DNA of 64,000 nt from Haliotis rubra (taxonomy: Eukaryota): assembly GCF_003918875.1 (NCBI RefSeq), contig NW_025765758.1:496001-560000 (forward strand), written 5' to 3'. Position numbers and translations under genes: made by a program. How positions within the stretch are numbered: position 1 is the first letter of the stretch; every line of letters starts with the position of its first letter. Below, one piece after another: positions 53,695 to 64,000 of this stretch. The notes beneath the pieces were generated by a model, which saw only the letters and a program-made list of their open reading frames with translations, did not search any database and was not told the DNA's origin.

Positions 53695-53918
53695 GTGAGT
53701 GAGTTAAAATTTAACGTCACCTTGGCAAAATTTCGGCCATATAGTGACGAGAAATGTATTACATAAACAATAAATTTAAGTTGCTAAATAATCAGTCATC
53801 GAAGGACTGTCAAATAACTAGAGTATCACAGATGGAGTCTAAAACTAGCATGAACATGTAAAACTATTTTATTTACGAAGACATACAATATAAAAATGGG
53901 CTATAGGTCGCCAACAAC
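53695..53918 (-). mobile_element. Family C LINE 3' end
   Basis: 17-bp TSD tcgaagcatgtatttga. Confidence 0.85.
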
Positions 53919-54679
53919 TCGAAGCATGTATTTGAAATGTAAATGTATTTTGTTATCACTGAGTATTATCCATCATCTGCAATAACTGTGTGTTCTATCC
54001 AACAAGAAAGCTTTTGTAGACAATTCGATTGAAGACAGGGCTGCTCTGCTGTTTGAGGAAAGGTCATGGCGTGAATTACCATGCAATTTTCCAGAGCAAA
54101 TATCTGTGGATGTCAAGATGGATTTACTCAATGTGCTTATGATCCTCACAAGTGAAGTAATTGGACATACTAAAACTATTAGACATATCAACATACATGA
54201 ATACATTGTATCTTGTGACACGTTATACCTATACAAGCCATGATCACATCTCTATCCAATTGTCAGGATTCCGCCAACCCAACAGTTTTAATATCCCTTA
54301 CCACGAGCACATAAATCTTGTATATAACCAAATGTGACAAGGTGTCTAGCTCACTTTTTCGTTGTCATCCTTAAGACTATCCTCATCTCTTATGTTCAGT
54401 TTGCTTCCGCAATCATTAGACCGAAACTTGGATTCTTTTGATAATATACAAAACTTCAAAAGATGCCTAATATTAATCACCTACGACTTTATAAACTATC
54501 AACGAACTGTTTTTTACTACGATTAATTGCATATTCTAACACACGGGTCTCGGTATGAAGTGACATCAGTTAGTCTATCGCTTGCAGTATTTATATGATT
54601 GTTTATATAGAAGTAGATAAGCACAAGAAGCCCTTTGTGCCAGGTCACGCATAGTGGTCATGGTTGCCCGAATCAACTG

Positions 54680-54910
54680 CCTAGACTAAGGGTGCAGAGT
54701 TGCGTTCACCAAACCTATGACTCTGGGTTCAAATCCCGGTTCTGTGTTTGTCAGCTCCCATTCCCTGTCTCATGGGTTTCATCAAGGTGTAAGCATCTGA
54801 GTCCTGTCTCATGGGTTTCATCAAGGTGTAAGCATCTGAGTCCTGCATCACACCGGGCTTTCCTGCCACATTAAGGTAACCCACTGTGATATAACTGGAT
54901 TACTGTTCCA
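54680..54910 (+). mobile_element. Degenerate tRNA-SINE containing a 39-bp tandem duplication (~54764-54845)
   Basis: B-box gggttcaaatccc; cctgtctcatgggtttcatcaaggtgtaagcatctgagt occurs twice. Confidence 0.5.
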
Positions 54911-55565
54911 GGCGCCTACTTGCTTTCACTCGTCGTCTCTGGACGAATGCATATGAACTACACTTGCCTCAAGTCAAATATATACAAGCGTACGTAATGA
55001 GAAGTGTCATCGTTGCACAGCTCCTTCGGGTTAGCTGACAATAAATGAAGATTAACAACGGCTTTTATACAAAATGATCATGACAGTTAAATGTTTGTGG
55101 ACATGTATCTGCCATTGCTACATGGTAATTAGCCTTTGGGATTCATTGCCCATTCAGAAAAATATGTTGCCTGAATAGGTAACCTTTACAGCGATAAATC
55201 GTCTACGTCCGGTGAAACTGGAGTTGACTTCGAAGTGCTAGCCTCTGAAATATTCAACGTAATGTAATTCCATAGTTAATTCCGCACGGAGACATCAGTG
55301 AGCGATTTTATTTGTCCCGGTTTTCACATCAATTCCACATGTGGTATAATATTGTAAAGTACTCGATAACACTGAATTTTTCATTTTAGCCTTGAGGTAT
55401 CGATACGCATTAAATATATCAAACGTATCATCATTACTGAGCGAAGTTTTTCACAGTTCGTAATTCTAAACACTGAGAAGAATCTTCGTCTCCCCCTTGC
55501 CGAACAGGTAGGCTGTCACGCGATTTCTAGCAGCCATCCGTCTAGGTGAATGTCTACTTTCTCTA

Positions 55566-55800
55566 GTGAGTTAGTGAGTTTAGTTTTACGCCGCACTCAG
55601 CAATGTTACAGCCATATGGCGGAGGTCTGTAAATAATCGAGTCTGGACCAAACGATCCAGTGATCAACACCATGAACATCGATCTACGCAATTGGGATAC
55701 GATGACATCTGTCAACCAAGTCAGCGAGTCTGTCCACCCGATCCCGTTAGTCGCCTCTTGAGACAAGCATGGGTCACTGAAGATCCATTCTAACCCGGAG
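55566..55800 (-). mobile_element. SINE family B
   Basis: Reverse complement of 56314-56583. Confidence 0.9.
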
Positions 55801-55932
55801 CTACTGTCTCGAACAACTCATCATTTAGAATGTACATTTGATTACTATTATGGGATACCAACGTATATTGTTTTCCCAGCATCCTAAAAGGTCAAGGCAA
55901 CATATTTTTTTCAAAAGGGTCATTCAATGACA

Positions 55933-56116
55933 CGGGTTAGAATATTGATCTTCAGTAACCCATGCTTATCGTCAGAGGCGACTAACGGGATCGGGTGGTG
56001 AGGTTCGCTGACTTGGCTAACACATGTCATCGGTTCCCAATTGCGCTGATCGATGCTCATGCTGTTGAATATAGCTGGAATATTGCTGAGTGTGGCGTAA
56101 AACTCAACTCACTCAC
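55933..56116 (+). mobile_element. SINE family B, 5'-truncated and internally deleted
   Basis: 13-bp TSD tcattcaatgaca. Confidence 0.9.
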
Positions 56117-56313
56117 TCATTCAATGACAGATTTCAAGTATTATGTAAAATTATACATGCATATGATTCTTAATGTCTGAAAGAGCAGTTATTACTCCAA
56201 CTTCAACATATAATATACACTGAAAACACAAAGCGTTGATGTCAACTTTTGTATCCTTTGTACATATATTAAGATGTGAAATCTTTTGAAAAAGTTCACT
56301 CCCATATTCTTCT

Positions 56314-56583
56314 GACCAGTGAAGATCCGGGTTAGAATAAGTCTTCAGCAACCCATGCTTGCCACAAAAGGCGGCTATGTTTGTCGTATGAGGCGACTAA
56401 CGGGATCGGGTGGTCAGGATCGCTGACTTGATTGACACATGTCTTTGGTTCCCAATTGCGCAGATCGATGCTCATGCTGTTGATCATTTGATTGTCTGGT
56501 CCAGACTCGATTATTTACAGACCGCCGCCATATAGCTGGAATATTGCTGAGTGCGGCGTAAAACTAAACTCACTCACTCACTC
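56314..56583 (+). mobile_element. Full-length SINE family B
   Basis: 13-bp TSD cccatattcttct; (ACTC)n tail. Confidence 0.92.
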
Positions 56584-56596
56584 CCCATATTCTTCT

Positions 56597-58340
56597 CTTC
56601 TTCCTGGACGGGAATGTCGCCACAAACTTGTGCAGGTCAATGTCAGGTATTGAAGATGTGCTCATACTGATCATCAAGAGCTTGTTGAAGTTCCTCACAG
56701 TTCCGGTGGTCTGTAATGAGATTAATCCCCTGAAAACACTCTCTCCACTTCTGACGTGGAGAGGAGGGCAGTAGCAAAGGCACTCAGCAGCGTAACTATG
56801 CATGGTTACCCAGATGTGGCTTGAAGCTTGTAAGTGTTTTGAGCAAGGCTGCAAGTGAACTAGTGGCAAGATCATTAGAGAAGCGTCTTCATTTTGTTCC
56901 ACTAAAATCGTTTGGATTGGATCCAACTGTTATTGTTCTGCCACCTGTAAGAGATATACAATGCAAGGGACTACTTGGAATATCAACAACAATCATTAAA
57001 ATTGTTTGAAAAATATTGATTCAATATATACTCTGCAAAAGATAAACGCAAAAGTTAGAAAATACGTGACAGTGTCTTGTAGATACTCCTACTATTCATT
57101 TCTCATGTCTGCATGCGTCGGGAGTGATTTGGGCGGGTAGAATAAAGTAGGACCAAAAAGTATCCCAAAAGTTGGGGAAACAAAACAACGTGTAAAGCGT
57201 CGTAGCCAACATGAGATGAACGTGCAGCATGAATTGCTGGGATATAACCATAACTGTACTGCAATGTGAAAAGTGAAAGCAAGCTACGACTGACAGAAGC
57301 TCAACTCAAAAACATCGGCCGACTGCAGATAGGCAGTTCAGTATTTGAACTTTGAGAATGAAGAATCACCAGTCTTCCTCGTATCGAAGACTGACATACC
57401 TTTAAGGGCTGGTGTAACTTGCAGTTTCCATCAGATGGTCCAGGCATGTACCCATGTATGAATGTACATTTATCCGTCTGTTTTCTGCCTTCCCTAGTCC
57501 ATACTGAGACTTCCATTTCTTTTGTCAAAGTCTACATTTTCTAAAAGCTTTTACATCTATCTAACTGTGCTGTAGTGATAATAATTAAATAAACCCATCA
57601 ACAGCTCATAAACACATCCAATTGCTGTTACCGATTTAAATACAGAGCCGATGGTTGGTGGTAGTCTGCAGTTGATACAGCGAACATCGATCATTTCAGG
57701 AGTGTCTTTCTTCAGTTGTGTCACCATCCCTTTTCGCTTTCCTACCATCACAGCTGGTCCATCACCAGCAAAACATTTTATTTTCTTTGGCTTGAGGGTT
57801 ACTTCTGCCATATCGCCCTTCAGACACCCTACTGTTGTGTCCGCAGTTCCCTTTGGGACTTCTTGATCACCAGGATAAACCAAAGGAAATGCATTTTTGT
57901 TGAAACGTCTGTTTATTTATCAAATGAACTGTCCTCCTTCATTTAACTTTCCACTTTTTCTTCTACTACTTCAATTTGGCATTTACCAAACTCCTGTATT
58001 GTCCCATGAAAATTCAGAACTTTTAGGCATCTACTAGGGCAGTATTTTCTCGTCCTGAAAAGTTCCTGAAAGCGTTCTTAACTAATTCGTCCTTCTCATG
58101 GGAAATTGCAAGTTGATTTATCGAGTTTATATGCAACGATACTTTATCAAGTCCAATTGTCTCACATCCCTACCCATTCCATACCGTGGATCCATCCCAA
58201 CCCTTCATTTTTTACTTTTGACACAGAGAAGAAAACATTATGCCTTTCTTGACAACATCTTCATTTTGGACATCTCAATAATTTCAGCCAAGGCCGGCCC
58301 TGCATCTTGTTTTCTTTTTCTTTTTCAGCAATCTGTACTG
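56597..58340 (-). mobile_element. hAT (ZNF862-like) transposase relic
   Basis: TDVST (first catalytic D region), KCFAGDGPAVMVGKRKGMVTQLKKDTPEMIDVRCINCRL (DG...CxxH-like), LFNYYHYSTVR and a dimerisation-like NKLLMISM...FVATFPSRKKRRI. Confidence 0.8.
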
Positions 58341-58406
58341 TGTTATGTCACTGTGAGAATTCAAGAATGAGTACCTGACCAAAAGCGTACTTCATACGAA
58401 AGTATT

Positions 58407-58556
58407 GTCATGTCATCGGTTCCCAACTGCGCAGATCGATGCTCATGCTGTTGATCACTGGATTGTCTGGTCCAGACTCGATTATTTAGACCGCCGCAAT
58501 ATAGCTGTAATATTGCTGAGTGCGGCGTAAAACCAAACTCACTCACTCACTCACTG
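58407..58556 (+). mobile_element. SINE family B, 3' half
   Basis: catgtcatcggttcccaactgcgcagatcgatgctcatgc...gcggcgtaaaaccaaactcactc. Confidence 0.88.
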
Positions 58557-59034
58557 ATTCGGCCTGAAAATGGTATAAGTTACTCAAGTATTATGTTTAC
58601 ATAATGTATACACAAAAGCAACCACTTTAACGTCAAGATGAAGACACCAGTTTGGAGTAGATGATTGCATTAGCATGACAAATAATTTCATTGAAATGCG
58701 GTGGCAATGTTCCAGTTATGTATTTGTAGACCAACAGTTTGAATCAAGCAGCGTGATCACAAAGTAGATCATATTTTCTAGCAAATATTTGGAACATGGC
58801 AAATGTTATTCGTGTTGTAATTATTTACATTATTATCTGCAACAGACAACTGAATACCGCGCTTGTGGTGACGGCTTCGCATTCTTCCAAATCAAATTAA
58901 GCATTACAAAGGAACCTTTACTCAGGATTTTCTAAACTGAAACTAAATAATAAATATCAGTATGGTTATTATTGGATGCTAACACATTTTGCCACATTTT
59001 TTATTAATGAACGTATAATTTTCTATACAGATTC

Positions 59035-59116
59035 GTTAAGCCCATTTCTGGTGTCCCCCGCCGTGATATTGCTGGAATATTGCTAAAAGCGGCGTAAAAC
59101 CAAACTCACTCACTCA
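59035..59116 (+). mobile_element. SINE family A, 3' end
   Basis: 12-bp TSD ctatacagattc. Confidence 0.88.
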
Positions 59117-59429
59117 CTATACAGATTCTAATTAAGACACAATACGAATTAAAAGGACATCATCGTGCTTTATTTATAAACATATGGTTTTCAGTAGAGA
59201 TGTTAAATGGGAAATAAGACATGTCATGGACGAAAGGACACACGCTAAAGCCAGTTTCTTAAATTGAAAGTCACCAACATGAAACATAGAGAAATAGATC
59301 TATAGGCATCAACAAGTTATTATTGATGAGGTATCTGGTTGTTCAACAATCTCTGTTGAACGGGGAACATCACACAGTCATATTTAATTAAATACGAACC
59401 TTCAGACAGTGGCAGTACTCTCTGCGTTG

Positions 59430-60245
59430 TCATTACTTCATGTTCATTATACTTTCGCCTTCCTCAGTTCTCCATGTCAACGATGTAGATTGTCCAGCTC
59501 CTCAAACCATTCTTGACTTACATCCCCAATCCATTTTTGAAGTGACATGAAAAGAAAATCTCCACTTCGATGATTCCGAATATATTAATGAACCATTTTC
59601 TTTGAAGGAATTACACGTAGCTTTCAAGGTTTTTGGTCAGATAATATTCATTATGATCCACCAGAACCCTCTATCTTATATTACATATATATAATGGGTA
59701 ATATTTCCTCCTCCTATCACGAAGCTGCGATCATTCATATCTCCAAACAAGGTAAGGATCACACAGACCCTTCTGGTTCCCACACAGCAGCATCAACTTG
59801 ATGTGTCTGCGAAACTGTGGAACGAATGATCAGTAGGCGTCTAGTCTGATATTCGGAAACAAATGATCTCATATTCAGTCTGGTTTTAGACATGTTTGAC
59901 ATTTTTTTATCATCTCGTGAGATTGGAATCACTTATAGGCTAAATATGTTATGATAACAAAAACGCAATATGTTTTGTCCATTGAAATGACATCGAAATA
60001 TGACAGTTTAAAAGATCTGCACAATATTGGCCTTCGTGGCCGTATGCCTGGTTTTATAGCACGAGTTTCAGAAGACAGGAACTTTAAAACCAAAGTAGGT
60101 TGACACTATCTCATGTACTGGATCATGAAATGGTGGTTCCTCAATATTGCAATAAGTGTACGGTGTTAAAATAAACAGCCCTGCAAAGATTCATACTGCA
60201 AATATGGGTAGGTCATTGTGTGTTGATATTTCAAGATATTTCATG
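59430..60245 (+). mobile_element. Degenerate Nimb/I-clade reverse transcriptase fragment
   Basis: YINEPFSLKELHVA, DNIHY, EAAIIHISKQGKDHTDPS, CVCETVERMISRRLV*YSETN, IQSGFR and LKDLHNIGLRGRMP. Confidence 0.8.
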
Positions 60246-61489
60246 AAACAAATCGCAATTTTAGAATTATTTTGTTTGATCAAGATGTAAAAGCTACACA
60301 AAACCTGCATAATAATTAAAACTATAAGCAACAGGAAAAAATGAACATGCATCTTTTCATTCATAAGCTTTCACCTCAAGGAAAATAAACGAAAAAAAAG
60401 TAAAATTCAGAAATAAAGAAAAGAACGATATTAACGTATAACATCTCTAGCAGTGATCGTCTTTCGAAAGAAGGCGTGTTCAATGAAATAAGAACGAGGG
60501 TTTGTACGAAGGGACTTGTTTCATGGATGGTGTATGCATAAATGGGGCAGATAAATAGTCGGAAACATCCTGACAATCCGCGTGTTGTTTATTGCTATAT
60601 TGATACCAAGGGAAGTGGTGACAAGTGCCATCGTTGTGCGTGGGTTACGCTGGACGGAAACAATCAATATACCCAGTGCAGTCGTCCCTTCTCTTGTAAA
60701 TACGTACAGTACAGCTGCCCTTTCTCCAGTACCTAAACCACGTGAAACACGTTTAATGAGGCCCTGTGATGTCATTCCTATACATATTGGGACCAATGAC
60801 GTCATTTTTCTAGGGGACATAAGCCACGGTGTGTTTGTTGTGAAAAAATAATTCTCAGTATTTGTGAAAAATATTAATCGTTTTAATGCAAAATATAATT
60901 ACTTGTCATTTGTGATATCTGTATTATTTTGGCTATAAAACTACAAAGTAGAGTATTTTTATGTTGAAATAGTGCACTCAAGCGGGTATATTTTCGTGTG
61001 ACCTTTTGATTTCTACGATAAATGAAAAAGCCCATCAAGGCCCATTTCTATCCAAATGGTCAATGAGACAATAAACTATCTTGGTTCCTATTATTAAAAC
61101 GTTGAAGTTATCTCTGCTCGCAAGTTCTTGATATTATAAGTGTCGTTTGTAATATCACGTGGGATGGAGGCCTACAATCTCGATTTCATCTGAAAAGACA
61201 TTGATAAGATCTACACTTGTTTAGGCCTGTCAGTATCGTGAAACATACAGCGCGTACATTGACCATTCAAGAGCTTAACATAATTCCCCACCAAGGTCCT
61301 TGAATGTGTCTTGGGGTATTTAGAACTTAATTGTTGAAAGCGTGCATGTTTAAGCTGATGAGCCTTGTCTTAATATCAGAACTGGGCATGAGGTACGATT
61401 ATTAAACTCAATTACAATGTACCAATCCAACATTTAACACTGTTTCTAATCCACTTTTTCAAACTTCGTATGCTGCCCAGTTCCATCAC

Positions 61490-61782
61490 AATTTGTCCGT
61501 ATTCAAACATATATAGATTGAAGATGCGAAGTTAAATCTGCAATTGCTGAATCTACGCGAAGTGCCCCTGTTGCAGTCAATACAACCTGCGTCATCGAAA
61601 GGCAGCAAATCAGTCCAGATTCTGGCCGATGCCCTCTTGAGACGAGACCACCAGAAGCAATTTTGTGTATCCTATCCAAGTGGACAGAGATCTCAAGAAC
61701 AGTTTCTCGATTACAAGACAAAGGAGATCCGACCTGCATAGAAACTTGTGGATCAAAGACCATAGGAACGGTAATCCGCTAC
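61490..61782 (+). mobile_element. Possible RTE-clade ORF2 C-terminal relic
   Basis: Frameshifted VIERQQI, TRPPEAIL and YPSGQRSQ resemble the RTE C-terminus; weak. Confidence 0.35.
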
Positions 61783-61960
61783 NNNNNNNNNNNNNNNNNN
61801 NNNNNNNNNNNNNNNNNNNNNNNNNNNNNNNNNNNNNNNNNNNNNNNNNNNNNNNNNNNNNNNNNNNNNNNNNNNNNNNNNNNNNNNNNNNNNNNNNNNN
61901 NNNNNNNNNNNNNNNNNNNNNNNNNNNNNNNNNNNNNNNNNNNNNNNNNNNNNNNNNNNN
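61783..61960. other. Assembly gap (178 N)
   Basis: Run of n. Confidence 1.
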
Positions 61961-63398
61961 CAACGTCATATGTATAAAGTTAGTATGCCTTTGCATAAAA
62001 ACAACGTCACATTATATAACCAGAGTGTCTTTACCAATAGGGATATTACCGTTGTGACGATAAATTTTAACTCACTCACTCTCCTCATCTTCATCATCCG
62101 CCTTTCCCAGTGATATAAAATGGTCAAACTGGAACCATTTACGCAAGACGGATCACGTCATAGCAGCTCTGAAAAAGCAACACAGAAACATTTACGAGAC
62201 TGGGACACAATACCTTCAAAATCCATTCATGTTTTGATTGTCAGAAAAATGTTATTATTTTGAAAATTGTAAGATTTTGTGAACTATATTTTTTGCCCAA
62301 AAATAAATTCATTTACATACATACCCATCACACCACACATACTTGCTGGGATATTGCGGATGAAAAACACACTCACTCACTCACTCACACACTCCATGTA
62401 CAAGACCACAACATCACCTTCAACAGACAACTATTGTGGCTGCTTGAGGGTCAATGCAGTAGACTAAACGATGATCACATGAGAAGAGGATCCCTCGGGA
62501 CCTTAAGTCAAATTCAACGTGCAGTTACTATTATGCCAGCGGGGAATGAAATCCAGTGTTGGATCAGTGCAAACGTGTTACATCCAACACGCTGATAAAA
62601 TCCAGCCATTAGGTAGCAGTGTCTCGGAACAAAAGTGCCATCACATTCCACTGCCGTTAGAAACAGCTGGCGTATTGGTCTGTAAAGCCCATGAAGCTCC
62701 TCTCAGTATTGTTACTTCCAGATGATTAGCTGTACTCTGTCTGTGATGCTTGCCAATTGTTGCTGAGCACGGTTTTTGTGTCCGTGTTGGTTTCATCTCG
62801 CTTTGCTGCATTAAGGTCTGACAGATACTAATGCGGCAGTTCAATCTCGTTGTTTGCATGTAATAGGGGATATGTTGACAACTGTTTGTCACTAATGAAG
62901 CACGGTCATCGCTAGTACCACGATTTGTTGACGTTGTCTATTGACAGTTGAGTGCTCTCGGTAGATAGTGTGTATGTTTGGCCTGGGTTTTACGGCGTTT
63001 GCTGTATGTCAACATGGGTTGGAGGTTTTATGGGTGTTTTGAACAGACAATGTAGGGAATCTCAACCGGGTTCATGGAACAATGAAATAACCGTTTAACA
63101 ACCAGACGATGCCGCTACACCTACCAGAGAAGAGTGGAAATATTTAAAATGAGTTAGGTATGATTTTAACATGTAAACAAGGTCGTCATATTCTTTTAGT
63201 TGACTCGTCCGAAATATATGCAAGAAGAAAAGGTCAATAACACACTGGTGAATCAAGAACAATGGTGTCTAGTGTAAAAAGTCATCGGAAGTTAATGTTG
63301 GCACTAGAACTAGTACCTTGAGAAAAATGGTTTGGTGGGGGAAATGGGAATGTCAAGCTTAGTTATAACAGGATTTGGTAGGTACGTTGACACACGGT

Positions 63399-63668
63399 GT
63401 ACCTTGAACACATAGTTTGATTTTAGGTGCAACATCATCAATCCATAACACGTACACTCGCTGGATGCACCTTGAACGCGTGGCTTGAGAAAAGGGAACA
63501 ACAACAATCCGTAACAGTCGGTGGATGCATCTTGAACACGTAGCTTGAGAAGAGGGACCAACAGCAACCCATAACACCTACAGTCGGTCCATGCACCTTG
63601 AACACGTGGCTTGAGAAGAGGGAACAACAGCTATCCATAACACCTACAGTCGGTCCATGCACCTTGAA
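63399..63668. repeat. 60/66-bp tandem repeat (~4 copies)
   Basis: atgcaccttgaacacgtggcttgagaagagggaacaacagc...cagtcgg repeated. Confidence 0.9.
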
Positions 63669-63688
63669 GTGGCAGCAAACACATCCCA

Positions 63689-64000
63689 TATAATAATAAT
63701 AATGGATAGCATTTATATAGCGCAAATCTCCGCAGGACTCTTTGCGCTTGCTTTGTTTTTCCCTCGTTCACTGGATGTCAATCTCAACGGCACATCGTAT
63801 TGTCAATCTCAACTCCCTGGGGATCATACAACTCTTGCAGCAACTAGGCGCACCGAGTTATTGTGGCATTCCCATCCTTATGAGGTACCCATTTACAGCT
63901 GGGTGGACTTTGTCCAAGTTCACTGCACGTTGCTGTACCCGCAACTGGGTGTTTGCACGTATTCATGTGGCCACCATCTGGTCATATACCAACGGATTCG
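63689..64000 (-). mobile_element. SINE with a Nin/Deu-like core and L2-type (TTA)n tail
   Basis: Minus strand gtccacccagctgtaaatgggtacc core; tail gcgctatataaatgct..ttattattatta. Confidence 0.65.

Larger units (their letters stand above)
52280..54632. repeat. Old diverged tandem duplication (~52280-53370 vs ~53650-54632)
   Basis: Shared blocks aagtccctttga, tcatggcgtgaatt, acatacatgaatacattgt, tatacaagcc.tgatcacatc and ataaccaaat occur in the same order. Confidence 0.8.

Noticed and set aside
60542-60736. Cys-rich 64-aa ORF as a possible GPA2 exon
   Set aside because: Cys spacing does not fit a cystine knot (no CxGxC or CxC)

Overview
Eukaryotic, AT-rich, repeat-dominated DNA, probably from a mollusc. 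The SINE families resemble gastropod/abalone types as I recall them; this is an inference. The only recognisable host gene is the final coding exon of a glycoprotein hormone beta-5 (GPB5, thyrostimulin beta) gene at 1820-2014. From about 8.9 to 46.4 kb lies a nested tandem amplification holding 7 copies of an unidentified, decayed, intronless, coding-like cassette read on the minus strand. The copies are separated by arrays of a 26/31-bp minisatellite. One copy is a chimera marking an unequal crossover, and two copies are near-identical ~3.2-kb expansions. Copy-specific TE insertions date these events. The rest is TE debris: two Tc1 relics, a hAT relic, MITEs, LINE fragments (Rex/Babar, L2, Nimb/I, R4-like, RTE-like) and several SINE families that share an (ACTC)n LINE tail. 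One SINE family has a non-tRNA head that can fold into a pseudoknot. There is one 178-N gap. Most ORFs in the supplied track are spurious.
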